DNA of 64,000 nucleotides from Podarcis tiliguerta (GCA_965153285.1 OZ229117.1); one strand, 5' to 3'; shown: positions 1 through 13,884, numbered from the stretch's first letter. A program made the numbers and translations. Notes: generated from the letters alone by a model not told the origin.

Positions 1-24
1 AAACACAGCTGCATGGCTGAGGGA

Positions 25-405
25 TAGGAATAGGTGAACCTGTTGACTTTGGTTTTGCTCAGTTTCTATTTTTTTCCCTATCTTAAATTCAGTTCTATAC
101 ATCACAACATCAGTTTGGGGTGGCTATTTCAAAGTCTTCATGAAAATTCATCAGCATTTTAGGGCAGATTTCTCACAATATGCACATTTTTACAAGCTGT
201 TTTCCCTAAAATAATGCATTTTGTATCTTATGTTCACTAGTATATGCATTTTTCTGCATACTTTACCCTAGTACAGGCATTTTTGTACACTTTACATTAC
301 TGTACTTCAAAATTTGGAGTTGTCCAAACTTCAAAGAAGTGTTTCAATTGGTGCAAATTAGCCAGGTTTCCCTTTGAATGCAAACTGAATTTCTCCCCAA
401 TCCCA
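25..405 (+). mobile_element. Non-autonomous DNA-transposon-like repeat (TAGGGATGGG-ended family), degenerate copy
   Basis: Similar to 44271-44668, 45770-46135 and, inverted, 57815-58158 (shared GTGAACCTGT start, TCATGAAAATT and TGCACATTTTT blocks). Confidence 0.6.
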
Positions 406-424
406 CTTGACTTGCAGAAGTATG

Positions 425-482
425 TTGCAGAGGGTTGGACTAGATGACCCTTGGAGCCTCTTCTGATTCTATGATTCTGTGA
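425..482 (+). mobile_element. CR1 LINE extreme 3' end
   Basis: GGGTTGGACTAGATGACC...ATTCTATGATTCTGTG, matching the CR1 3' stem and octamer tail. Confidence 0.75.
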
Positions 483-1099
483 AATTACATCATTGCCACA
501 GGATTTGACTCCTCCCACTGCAAGCCTGGGAGACAACAGGGGAGCATCAAAGACTTGAAGGGCATGCAAAAAAAGAGTCTTGAACCTATGCCAAGCAATT
601 TGTTCTGGCTTTAATCAAGATGTCGTCTTTTAACTCCAAATGTCATTCTTATTATTATTATTAATCCCGTATCAAAACTTTGAGCAGCATACTGCAGCAT
701 GAATAAATGCTACCCGTCATTTAAACTTTCAGCAATGTTTCAAAGCCTTGCAAATGAGTGATAGCCATTTATATATGTATTCATGCATGTGTCTATTCAT
801 CAAAGTGATGCAGTTAACAAGCTGGTAAAAGACAAAGTGAATAGCAACAAAGAAACTGGTGGATTATAAGTTTTTAACTTTGTAAAAGCTAATGCAGAAC
901 AACTTGATTGTTAAATTTGTAGTCTCTCTTTGCCCAAAGAGAACACTCTTTTCTTTCCATCTCTCTCTTTACTCGCTGTCATCAGCATCCTGCCATTTTG
1001 GAATCTTAAATTGCTCCCCCTCTAAGCAAAGTATCATAAGTGATGACACAGAGAATACTCAAATAATCAGCTGAATTGCTCCAGCATTAAATATTAGAG

Positions 1100-1331
1100 C
1101 AGGGATGTCCAACCAGTAGATTGCGATCTACCGGTAGATCCCTGGCTGATCCTGGTAGATCGCGGGATCCTTATCGTGTACAAAAAGTTACGAGGGGAAA
1201 GCTAAAAAAACTCTGTGCAATCCCACCCACCCCAAGCATGCTCCTCCTCCCTCCAATGACAATGCGTAGATCACTGCCAATTTTTTAATACTGGGAGTAG
1301 ATCACAGTCTCTTGGGAGTTGGACATGCGTG
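1100..1331. mobile_element. hAT-type MITE with perfect 8-bp TSD
   Basis: TIRs CAGGGATGTCCAAC / GTTGGACATGCGTG. TSD TATTAGAG at 1092-1099 and 1332-1339. Confidence 0.88.
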
Positions 1332-3680
1332 TATTAGAGGATAAGAAATCCATGATGTCACCTAATTTCATATTTCCTGTTTTGGAAATGCAAATCTCAG
1401 CAGCTGGTAATTATTAGAAATGGATGGACAACTCGAAGCCTGGTCTGTGTCCATTTCTTATTTTGGTTGCAAAGGGATCCATTCTGTCCCATTTCAACAG
1501 TTAATGTACTGATGGTTTCTCCAACAAGCCACAGATATAATGAAAAATAGGCACTTAAGAGGTGGCCTGAGGATTTAAAACCTTTCTTCCCCTTTCCTTA
1601 ACAGGGACTAGCTCCTTGGAGTGGCTAAGAAGCATGGTCGTTGCCACTTGGGGTGTAAACAGGACTGCAAATGTCCCTGGAAATGGCAAGATGTGATGAC
1701 GTCCTGTCCCTTTCAAGGACATTGTATGAAAAAAATGGTTTCTCTTATGGAACCATAGCAGCAGCCATATTTTCTTAACTTCCATGGGTTTTCCCCCCTG
1801 ATGATATCATCAGGAGCACTAAAAGGGAGACTTGACTCAGAACTGAGTTCAGTATAAACCAAGCTATTTTCCAAGATGGTTTTTTTCGGGTGGTGGGAAG
1901 TAAATACCTTGGTTTTCCAAGCCTAGTCATGAGCTTGGCTTTGAGAAGCTTTATGTATAAGACAGCCTTCTGCAAGATAGTGTTCTCTAGATGTTTTGGA
2001 CTATGAACCCCAGCAGCCCCAGCCACCACAGCTGTGCTGACAAGGGCTGATGGGACATGTTGTCCAAAACAAGCTGTGGGAAGGTTGCTATACAGGGGAC
2101 AAGTGTTGATAGCAACAAATTTCCATGAAGTATTGCCCTTCCGATGCATTCATCAGATGTAGAACTGAGCATAAATGAGATGAGCAAACCTCTTTTTATT
2201 GAATGCAAAGAAGAAAAACGAGGCATACAAGTTCAAATTGAGTGTTGCTGCATCAAATGGCCAGCCACCAACATCAAACAGGTTAATGGACTGGCAGCAG
2301 AACCACCACACATAAGTTGTGTGCGCATTACCATTTGCTCGGACTCCAGGTCGCTCCCACCACTGCTGTTTGAAGCCAGCTACACATGAAGTTAACCGTA
2401 ATTGGCATGTATTCTGTAGTTTCTTGAGAAATGCTGTTGCTTGATGTGTTTCCCCTCAAACCAGCTTCCATCCGATTTGAAAATGTAAGCTGTGGTTAAG
2501 CTGAGGTGTGTACATTTGAGACGGCCATAGCGCAGGCACACTAGACAGCACATTTGCAGATTGAAGTTTCATTGAACACGGTTTTTTGCTGGGGATTTCA
2601 GGCACAGGAGGACAAATGAAGTGAAGACACCCTGTCGTTAGGTGTACACAACAAGTGCAAATGCAACTTAAAACATGATGGGGCGGGGAATGACCTCACT
2701 GTGTTTTAAGCCACTAATGTCTCTACAGCCATAGATCTACTTTCAGGCAAAAGGCAAAAAAGTTTCTCGCATGCATACATGCTGCTCTCCCTGTCCTGGT
2801 CCTATGAGCCATTACCCCTCACCTCTGAACGGAGAAAGACTTTACGCAGCGTCATAATTTAGCAAATTACTTCCTCAGAGGAAGGTCAAACATTTTACCA
2901 TTCGATCAATAGGAAGCGACTTACAAATCATGTGTATCGATCATTGCAATCATTCAGAGGAATGTAGGGCAGACAGTAAAACCGCATGCACTTAGTCTTA
3001 ATTGCCCACATTAAAGCAATTATACCCCAAAACTGTCATTGTCTAATGCTGTGCACACCACACACTTTAATACATCTTGCTAACTTCTTAGCGATGCAGA
3101 TAGAATCGTAAGTCAGCCCACCAAGGTTGTAGCACTAAATGCCTAAAACATTGCTGAGACTATGCAAATTGGACCGTGACTTCTTTCACATGGAAAGTGA
3201 GCATTTAAAAACACTGATCACTGGGAGGGAGGAGGCACAAAAAAGCAGGTAGGAACATAGATACACTGGGGACGTAAATACACCCTGAAACAAATACCTC
3301 ATTTGGTAGTTCAGATCAGGTCTAGAATATTGCCACTCCCAACATATTCAGAATAACTGTGTAGTCTGGGCTTTTCTTCATTAGTGGAAGCTAATTTTGG
3401 TGGGGGAGAGAGGTAAGTAGCTTGTAGCCTAAATTCTTCTTTTATTTCATCAGTTGCTTCAGTTAGTCTGCAGATCTTATTCAGATTGTATGTAATGTTT
3501 GTGGCTGGAAAATGCATGTCTGATGCATATACACAATGCAGATGAATATACAGCCTATAAACAATCTTTGCCTGTTTGTTCTGAGCATAACACATGTAGA
3601 CGTGATGTGGAACAATGTCCTGGTGAAATGGAGGAAATCTCCTGGAACCAAATAAAGGGTGGTCTGAAACAGATGTGAAA

Positions 3681-3814
3681 CAGATGAGAGTGACCTTTGG
3701 CCCTCCAAGTGTTGCTACAAGACCCATCAGCCTCAACAAGCATCGCCAATAACCACAGGTGATGGGAGTTGTAGTTCAGCAACATCTGGAGGGCCAAAAG
3801 TTTTGCCACACTTG
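3681..3814. mobile_element. Palindromic ~135-bp hAT-like MITE
   Basis: CCTTTGGCCCTCCA...GATGGGAGTTGTAG...ACATCTGGAGGGCCAAA fold-back. Further copies near 1980-2090, 4075-4202, 21390-21528, 37822-37954, 44128-44263, 45463-45580, 51920-52053, 53093-53330, 55345-55459 and 59097-59175. Confidence 0.8.
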
Positions 3815-6800
3815 ATCTAAAACATTCTCTGGTTTTCTATGTGGATAATATTGTTACAGTCTGAAGTGGTAGGCCCCATGGATTGACAACCTCATGAGAA
3901 GCAGGGCAAATTCTTAAGGAACATATGCTACTAACTCAAGGATTTGACCACTAAATGTGGGCTGAAGGAAATGTGTTGGTTAAGGCAGCCCAAAACAAGA
4001 GTGATTTATGATTACCACAAATTGATAAGGACTCATATCAATGTGTCAGTAAAACACATTACGTTGTTTTAGCCCCAGGATGGAGAGTCTGTGGTCCTCC
4101 AGATCTTGCTGGACTATCACCCATCATCCATGAACGCTGGCCATGCTGGCTGAGGCTGATAGGAGCTGGAGTACAACAACATCTGGAGGGTTCCTCATCA
4201 TTGTTTCAGCCAGTACTGCAAATGCAAAAAAGCCTCTTGATAACTGATGCAGGCAATTTAATTTTAATAGTATGTATGTAATATTCCAAAACCAAAGAGA
4301 AAGCACAGACCAACTCAAAAGGTTATATATTTTATTGTACTTTTAAAGCATATGGTTTATGGTGAGCGTCTCTGTTCGGCTATACACTCCTGAATTCACC
4401 ACCGATTCTTGCCAGAGGTTTCTGGAGGTTTTCTAGTCTTCAGCATAAGGTGGGCGGCTGATTCATCTAGTCAAAGGAGGAGGGTGGTGTGTGTGTGTGT
4501 TTTCTTGCTTTTGTTTTGCAAGCATCATCTTGGAGTTTATTGTCAGCATTTTTTGCTGTACTGGAATGAAGACCTTTCAAAACTTTCAGACATGTCAACT
4601 TGACAGACCAAGGTCTTCCTCCAAGTTTTGCAATGGTTCAATGCCAGGATTAAAATACTTACAACCACAGAAGGGCTCACTTCTTCTTCTCCAGGTCAGT
4701 GTATGAGAGGAGTGTATGAGAAGAGAGGAGACTGACTCTGTCTCCGGTTGGTCACACTACCTTTAAAAAGTTGACTTGGGAGTGAGAGATTCCGGCCAAC
4801 CACTTGCTGGTTCAGTGCTCAGTGCCTTGTGCAGCTGGGTGTCCACCTAAAAAAGGGACATTCTTTGACAAATTAATGAAGCAAAGTTTCCTGAAGATAA
4901 TGGAAAGGGCATCCCATGACAGTATCGCCTGAGGTGTTATGACAATGGACCTCAGAAAGATTGGATCTACCAATCATCTCTAGCCATTCTCCCATATCCT
5001 TAGAGACTTCCTCCCCCTGGGGAGTAGGATTCCAAACCCATTGTTCTCCTTTATGTCAGGGACAACATCAGGGGTCAATGTTGCCAGGTAGCTGCCAAAC
5101 CCTAAAGGGAGCACCGTGCCCAACCTCACCCCACCCTGAGTTGCAACTCTTTTTCCCTTCTGTCATTCCTGATTCCTTCTTCCTCAACAAGAGAATAAAC
5201 AGTTTCAGAAAAAAGAAGAATGGAGCAGCGATTTCTGCTCACCGTCCCAGGGAAGGCTGGTTCCCTAGAAGGGATGGGACACTGCTCTGCAGTAATCTCA
5301 GTCTGCCCTCATCCAGCCCTCACCTGTCTCTCTTCTTATATACAACCAGTCCAGAAGGTGGCTCTGGTTGTCAGCTTCCTCCTCCTCAGTCTCTGTGTTG
5401 TGCTTGCAGAACTCCACAGAGAGGAGAACAAGGACAAGATTATAATTAGTTGGCTCTGCTGGTCTTGACTCTGGCTCCACCTACTGTTGGCCTCCTGCCT
5501 TATGCCCTTCCAGTTCCAACAGACATCAGGCACCACTGCACTGCTCCCTCTACTTCCAGGCAATGGTGTGAATTGAGTAAGTGACTGGGTGCGGTGTGGT
5601 GTGGCTAAGTGAATAGGTAGCACACGAAAAGCAAGAGTTGGGGCTGCAACCTAGTGTAGCCTTGTTGGCCGATATGAAATACTCATTGGGAAAACAGGAC
5701 TTTGGTCACATACTCCTATCCTTTGGTGCTTTGTTACATCTGCCTTCAGGCCTGCGTCAAAGAGTGAAGGAGGAAGAGGGAGGGAGGGGCACTGATCCAT
5801 GCCAGGGGGGTGAACCCAGAGGGGAGGCATGCAGCCAGGGCCTCATCCAAGGGCGCCTTCCCGTCTAGGGCCCAGCCCTCATCAACCCAATATTTAGGGC
5901 AGAGGTGCCCAGGATTTTGTGACATCTAAGAAGACTGCTTTGTGAAAATGGCGGTCTTGCCAAAAGAATTCCATTTCTACCTTTGCCTCTTTCATTATAG
6001 CAACAATTAAGCACTTTGGCCGGTTCCTTTATGAAAGTTTAAAATTGGTTTGTCCATTCCTCTCTCTTTTTCTCCACCCACCCCACCCCCTTCCCCTCTT
6101 GCTTCTCACACCTTATCTGGTTTCTGCATTCTTCGCTTCTTCAGTAGTCAAAGTGATTGAAAACTGAGCAGACCACCCTTCCCCACAGCCACTTGTCTTC
6201 ACATTTCTCATTTACCACCCAATCAAATGGGCCTTTTGTGGACTGCCATTCCCTGTCGTTGCCTCTGTTACATGCATGGTATTCTTCAGGTCAGGCAGGT
6301 TAAAAGGGGGGGGGGGGAGAGAAACTCCAGGAAATGAGATCCACTTCGGCCTAGCTCTCTGCAGCCACATCGCTGCTGGAACCAACCGCCCAATAGAGGA
6401 AAGATATACTACCCCTATTTGATGAGCAACGGGCCAATAAATTCATTAATCATCATTTTATGCCTCATCAAACACTTCCCAAGTTCCTCCATGGGAGTTA
6501 TACAAATTAGCGGGTGAAAAGGCAGTAATTTTAGTTTTGCTAGGTAAGTGCTTTCTGATTGCCTTCCTCAACAATGCTCCCCTTGACAAGCTAATAAATC
6601 AGGCCTTTTGGAACCTTCCTGCAAACAATGACTTCACATAGTTTTTGCCGCTGGTTTTTGGCTGGAAAGAGCCAAAGAGGATGATCTGAAGACCAGAGAC
6701 ATTGGGCTTTATTGCCAAGCGAAAGCTTTATTTGTGAAGAAAAGAGGTAAAAATGAAAAGGGAGGCTGAGGGTTAAGGAGGGATGGGAGAATTCATTTTT

Positions 6801-6884
6801 ATTTTTTTATTGAGCGTCACTGATGGAAGAGAGAGACATTTCAAGTGGTAATGATGACACTGGACCATATATAATAAGGACCAG

Positions 6885-7260
6885 TTCCAGGAACAGAAAC
6901 ACAGAGAGCTACCTTATTCCAGATCAGGCTGCCATTAGTCCATCCAGCTTAGTAAAGAACAGTAGCTCTCTAGAGCCTCAGATCTTTTTCTGTGTCTAGG
7001 TAAGCACCATACATTTAAAGCACCCCCCCCCCAAAAAAAAATCATGGGAACTGAAGTTTACCCCTCACAGAGCTACAATTATCAGCACCCTTAACAAACT
7101 ACAGTTCCCAGGATTCTTTACTGGGCGATATGCTTTAAATGTGTTTCAGATGTGCTGTGGGTACACAAACTCAGACAGAGATCTTTCTTACTGCCTCCTA
7201 TCTGATTCTCATAACTGGAGATTGCAGGTTATAAAAAGCTTGAACATGTAAAGCCTGTGT
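6885..7260 (-). mobile_element. Degenerate tRNA-derived SINE interrupted by a short DNA element (~7000-7170)
   Basis: GAGCTACCTTAT...CCATTAGTCCATCCAGCT is the reverse of a CR1-type SINE tail. The insert (CATGGGAACTG...CTACAGTTCCCAGG) resembles 16860-17010. Confidence 0.5.
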
Positions 7261-10200
7261 GGATGTACCTTAGCATGTAGTCTGCAACCGGGTTCATTTG
7301 CAATGCGCATGGCACACCTCAGTTTTATCCTATGTGTTTGCAGGGCTGCTCCAGTGCACTCCTGCTGCTGATATCTGAAGCTGCCAACACTAACCACAAT
7401 CCATAAGAATCTTGCAGTTTCTTGAGAAAGCTTACTTTTGGATGTGCGTTCCCTCAAAGCCATTACCATTCAGTTTGAAAATGCAAGTTGAGGTGTGCAT
7501 GTCTGAAACATCCATTGAGCATGTGCAGATGAGAGCTGCATTGAAATGGAGTTTGGAGGGAATGTTGCAGGGATGGGAGATCAGCCATGTAAAAATGTGA
7601 CTTGAAAACTGACGGGTGGGAGGGGGGAGAGAGAGACCTCACAAGGTTTCAAGCTGCCAATGTGTACCTAACCACAGTTTGTTTCTAGGTTGCATAAGCT
7701 TGATCTGTATTAGCCTAGTATTAAATTGCCCCAAAGCAGTGTCTTTTAAGAACGTTCATTGCAATTAATTTTACATGCCGCATAATGACTGTTGGGAGGG
7801 ATAGGTCACATGTAACCAGAAATACAGGAGGATGAGCTTTTCCTACGTCCTCTTTAAAAAGATGCTCTGTCTGTGAAAAAAAGCACCTTGTCTCTACCAG
7901 CTGATCAATGCCAGGAATCCATAGGCCAGTGTTCTGTCCCAGGATGGCTCTGCTAATGTTTTGCCCTTCCACTCTGGCTCTTTGCTAGGCCTACACACTT
8001 AGGCTTGTACCACTTCCTTGCCTCCCCCCATCCCCCCCCCCCACCACTTGAAATCACTGGGAACTACTCATCAGTGATCTGTGCTTTCTGAATTGCAGCC
8101 TTCATCTCATTCCAGGGGCTCAGCAGCAAAGGAGGAAGGGATGGCAATGCAACCAATCTCTCTTTGCCGCAGCACTTTGAAATATACACACTGTTAGCCA
8201 GGTGGACAGGTGAGGGGCAGTTACATAAATCTAGAGGCTGCTATTGTCAGAAGTAACGGATTGCCAGGGAAAGTCGTAATAGAGACTGTATTTAATCTGT
8301 GACCAATTGATTGCTCCAGTGTTTCAGGTATTTGTAGTGTAGGTTTAGATTTGTTGGGTGGTTTTACAGAAAGCCTCTGGGGTGTGCTGTCTTATCTTTT
8401 CCCCCCTAAATTGCTGCCTTTGACAGTATCATCCCTTTTGGGGGGGTGGGGGGTGGAATAGAAGAAACTTGGCCGTAAATCACTGTACTAATCAGCTGTC
8501 ACCAGCCAACATGCATACATTGGCATTCAGCCGGCAAAATTTGTTTTGGAGAGGCCTTTAGCAACAGAAACCATGTTTGTATCAATAACCATCTGTTAGC
8601 TTTTCCTGCATAAGTATGTACAACACAGAAAGGAACAAGGCAAAAAGACGGAAAGGGAGAAAACTGGGAAGGGGGAGAAAAGAGAGAGAGAGTATTAATT
8701 ACCTGTTTTAGGGGGGTTGGAAACCTCTAAAAAGGTATACATTAAGTGCCCAGAGCTTGAATTCTCTACGAAATAAAGCTGCAGTGTGCTCATTTTCGCT
8801 TCCTAGACAGTCCCACCGGCTGATGTCAAAGGGGATTTATGAGAAAATGTATTTAGGTAGGGAGCTAGCCAATGCATGCTTCAAGAGCTTCTGCGATTTC
8901 TCTCTCCCCCCCCCCCCCGCGCGCCTCCAATGGGGCATTCAAGGAAGATTAACCCAAGAATTTGGATCGGATGGAACGCTCGGCAGAACGTCTAAGTGGA
9001 ACGTTCGGGGAGAGAAAGTAAAATCGCTCTACGTGCAGGTTTACTGGGAAGAAAGGCCCGCTGTGCTCAGCCAGACGGACTTCGTTACTCTGTTTAGGAT
9101 GGCAGCCTTAGAAATGGGGTTCCCCGGTTCTCTGTCTCTGAAATCCGCTTGTTCTAATAAACAGGGACGGGGGAGAGAGATTAAAATAGGCTAGCGGACT
9201 GCTTTCTCTGCAGCAGTCTAGACCCGAGGTGTAACTTAAGTACGGTGCGCCTCCTCTTCTCTCGGTTAATTTTCCTTCCTCGCATGACTGCGTGCTTCTG
9301 GAAATAACTTGGCAAACGGGGAGCCGTTTATCTATTTTATCACGGGACCTGATCCAATTAAATAAGTGCACATTTAAATTTGTATCCATCAAGACCAGAG
9401 CGAAGTGGGGGAAAGGCGGCGGCGGCGGCGGCGCAGCTAGGGTGTTTGTACAAACAAATGTCCCTTGCCAAAAAAAAAGGGGGGGGGAATAGCCCCATAA
9501 CTGCTAATAACCCTGCTTGGTTCTGCTTCTCTTTTACTCGGTGGATCCACCAAGAAATTCAGGGCGGTTGGGGGACAAAAGAGCTACCCAAAAAAGTTTT
9601 TGGTTTGCAAAATATATTTATAAATGGGTGTGTTTTCTTTTTGGGGGGGAGAGGTGTTATGGGGCACGAAATATGAAAACTCTTTGCAAGCGAATAAATC
9701 AACAGCCGAGAATGCCTTCCTTAGCAGCCCACGTCTGAGTCCCGGATCCCAGCTTCTGAATACAAGCTTGAACACGAAACTAATTATAACAGTTGAGTAA
9801 GTGGGTGGCTGGAATGGGGAGGCGTTTCTGTTACAAGTACCACTTTTATTAGAGGAGGGCTGCGCTTTAGCATCGGGGTTAGTCACAGTTCAAGAACAGC
9901 TTTGCAAACAGCAGAAAAAGACATGCATCGTTCTTTTGGGGTGTTCGTGGAGGGCACTGCTCGGCTCCCCCTTCCTTAACTTGAGTTTAATCATTGTTCA
10001 GGTTCTTCAGATCCCTTGCTCAGAACCATTGCGGTCCCATAGACTGTAAAAAGAGGTTTCGACCATCGTCCCAGAACCAGAAAGTCGCCACATTCCATAC
10101 TGTAGGTGAGCACACAGGAACGACAACTGCGGGCCTTTATTCAACCCACATTGAATATAGTTAGGGTTTGAGTATATTGAGTGGCATGTGGGGGGCGGGG

Positions 10201-11587
10201 TTGGGGGGAGGCGTTAGAACCATGCGTGAAACGATCTACCGGGTGTATATCCCTTTTTCTTCCGTGGATTCAGGCTGGATCTCAGCAGTAAAGAAGAAGA
10301 GCGCAGCAGCGCGATCCTGTTCTTAAATACTGTAATAGTTGGCGTGATAAACCCGCATAGCCAGGGCGGCCAGGCACTTCAGTCTCGGCTTCAAGTTCCA
10401 TGGAGGTGAGAGAGGCTTACTTTCACGAAAGTGGGTAGTGGATTCAGGGCCGGGCTGACGCGGAACAACAAATGACCCCTCTCCAAGCGTGCGCGCGCGC
10501 GCGCGCACGCACACACGCACACACACCACGCTCCAAGGTGTGGAGCATTATATCCAACAAAATTATACTCAGCGCGTACCCATTGAAAATAATGGTCACG
10601 ACCAACTTAGGTCCATTCATTTCAGTGAGCGTAGCTTATATACAATTCATCCTGCTTAATACTAGCGAGGGGTGGGGTGGGGATCCTACGTTTCATTGGC
10701 AATGAAAATGAAGCAATACTAACTTAAATAAGGCCTGCAGAAAACCATACAGGGCTTTCGACGTTTTCTTGGGAGTTAAAAAAAAAGATATTTTTAATGA
10801 AACAACAATAATAAATTAAAGAATTAACTAACTGCTTGCCCTTTCATGACACTCAACATCAGCTGCCGGAGGCAGACGCCTCACTCTGCCTAATATTGGA
10901 GCTGGAATTGAAATATTGTAGTTTTGATATAAATAAATAAAAATGTGTTTTTTTATCATAATAAAAAGCCGAAGCTTAAATAAGCAACAGGTGTACAATC
11001 AGGAAGCCACCATATTCTTCCACCCATTTCCCCTTCCTCAGTATTTATGGAGGGCTGCCAGGAGCGCCGAGACTGATACTTAACCTCCTCAAAATGCACT
11101 TGCTTTGAAGCGAGGTCGACTGATGTCGTCGGAGCTGGTGCCTGGGTGTATGTAAGAAGCCTGCGGTTTCTAGTTGGGTGGGGCTTGTCTTCACAGAAAC
11201 CGAGAGGATATTATGACATCCTCGCTTTTGTGATTTTATTTTAGGGATGCGTACGACGCCCTTCACTATTAAACAAGTTCCTGGGGTGGCTTACGATAAA
11301 GTGATTTAATCATATGGAATACTGTATGTTTTCTGTTGATATGGCGTGCGTGAGTGGCACCCGGGAGCCCGTCCTATTGAGCTAGGTGAGACCTACTTCC
11401 GAATAAACATTCGTAGGGAGGTGTGATGTCACTGTGAGGGGGGTGCTTTCACAATCCGTCCTATATAAACCAGGGGAAATGGCAGTACTTCGATTTTTAA
11501 CAGGGGCTTTAAAATCAGACAGAGGCGTCTGGTTGTCTAAACTGTGGGTTCATGCTGGGGGAGAGGACTTTTCACCAATCCTCAGTG

Positions 11588-11749
11588 CATGGGCGTGGCC
11601 AGGATTTATGTTGTGAGGGGCAGGTTTCATGTTAGGGGGGGAAAGCTTTCTTTTAGGGGGCAGAACCTCAGTAGGTTAAGCATTTTTATTTATTTACCTG
11701 GTATGGGGGGGCAGCGGCCCCCTGCCCCCCTCCCTTGGCTATGCGCATG
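11588..11749. mobile_element. hAT-like MITE, CATGGGCGTAGCC family
   Basis: TIRs CATGGGCGTGGCCAGG / CTTGGCTATGCGCATG. Degenerate 8-bp flanks CCTCAGTG/CTTCAATA. Inverted relative of 16511-16621. Confidence 0.7.
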
Positions 11750-13884
11750 CTTCAATAATAATTGTGTTGCAGTGATGCAATGCTGGACATGTTAGACATG
11801 GAATGAGTTAATTCGTCGAATTAAATTGTTTTAAAAAGCCAAAATAACAGAGGATCTTTAAAGTATTTAATCAAAGTGTACAACCCTCCTTATTGCCACA
11901 ATGTAGACTTTGCATTGAAGGTAAATCTCTCAGAAATTGAAGTAAATTGGGGGTCCTCTGCTTAGGTCTAGCTCTTGACTTCTTAGACACACACAAATAA
12001 TAATAATAATAATAATAATCACCAACATTGTTTGTCTGATCTTGAATTAGTTAGCTTGTCTAATTTGCCAGTTCTGTGCCGAGGCAAGGGAATGCATTCA
12101 GGGAAAGAAAGAAATAGCAAAAAAATAGACCATTGAGAAAGTGGGCTCTCCGCCGTTTCACTTCATGATGCCTTGTTCTGCGCTCTCCTCTTTTCAATCA
12201 GCTTTAGCGGGCGGAGTGGGTGGGTATTTCTGTGGTATCTCTGCAGGGCCTGGGGTCGGGGTGTTCAGTGTCCCTGGTTGCAGAGAAGCATGGGGAGGAT
12301 CTGCCCTCAAGGCGCGCGTTCCTGTTGCTTCTCTGCATGAACAACAAAGAGACAATCTTGGGGCGCTCGAAAGCACAAGGATGAGTCAAATGCTGCTTGT
12401 TATTTTAAAGGAGTCTTAAAGGAAACCTTGTCGATTGTAAATACTTTTAAATCACGGAGTTGGGGTGGAGGGAGAACCGTGTGTCGCCTCTTTCAGAACC
12501 CTGTGTTAGACTGTCAAATGCAAAACTTATTAATAGACGGTGTCTGGCTGGAGGTGAAGATTGTATCACCACGGTGCGGTGTGTGTCTCCCCCCCTCAAA
12601 CCTCTCTGCCCCGCCTCCAGTTGCCCAACAGCTGCAGGCATCATATGCCGATTCTTCTGTCCCAAGAGTTTGCCCTGAGGGGCATGTGGGTTTCTTGGTT
12701 TATTTAAAAGCTTAGCTACTGGAGTTATTTAAGGAAAGGCTATAATTGACCACCTATTTTACTCTGCTGGCTATCTGTGGCGCTGTCAAAAGAGAGGAGG
12801 GGGCATTTTTGATGCCGTGCCCTTGGACACGTGGGTAAGTTTGTCTTAGGAGCGCAACCCTGTGATCTGAACTATGGGGGGGGGGACCCTAGCCTTATTT
12901 ACTCAGACGTACGCCCCAGTGTGTTTAACGGGACTTAATTCCAGGAAAGTTTGCACAGGATCTCAGCCTTAGGTTTGTTCTCCACTCTAAGGCTGCAATC
13001 AAGAGGGTCTTATTTAATAGGGAAACGTGGCCTCTGGTTTCCAGAGGAATGACTTCGGCTCACTTCCCAGTAAACCAAACTTGGATTTCTCAAACTGCCC
13101 TCGCTGCACTTTTCACCACAGCTGCTTATAGACTGTAAGCTCCGTGCGGACAGGGACCTGCTGCTTATTTGTCACGAAGCATCTCGTGCACTGATATGTT
13201 ACCAGGAAGAGGAGTTGCTCGACAGAAGGAGAAGGAGCCCTAATTTGGCATCCTGGTAGCTATCGCGTTTCTAGGGATCCTTTTCTCTTTTAGCTATCAG
13301 CATATTGCCAGAGAGGCATCAGGCTTATATTGGAAAACAGAAGTGCCATCTAGGCAAGTTTATAATTTTCTCAGTCTCGCCTCTCCTTTACAGTGATTGG
13401 CCTTCCTCGCAGGGTTGTCGCAAGGGCTGCGGAGAACACCTATGCAGAATGTTTTGAAGCACCCCATAGCTACAATCCTCTATATACATAACACACATCA
13501 ACTTGGGAGGGAGGTCCATTGAATACAGCGGCATTTACTCCCGAGACCTATACAGGATTCATTTGCAAGTCGCTATAAATAGAGAGAGAGAGCTAAAGGA
13601 AAGTTCTCCCTGCGCTGATTGCAGAAGGAAGACATTTAAATCAGCATGGGCTGAATTAATCAATGGGACTTAAAACTGCTTTACAAACTTGGGCTGGATC
13701 GTGTCCTAAATATTCTTTTTCTCATCAAAATACACGCTTAGGCTCAGTAAATCGCTACAACTGCTTTGTGGATAGGGCTATACAGCTTTCTTTTAGCTAT
13801 GTCCACCAACCCAGAGCGCCTTGCTAGAGCAAGCATATGGAACTCAAAAATACCGTATAGATCCGTAGCAAAAGAAATCTCCCA

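Noticed and set aside
4590-4606. ACATGT overlapping the palindrome TGTCAACTTGACA (Irx/TALE-like sites)
   Set aside because: Short motifs without supporting context; compatible with chance in 64 kb.
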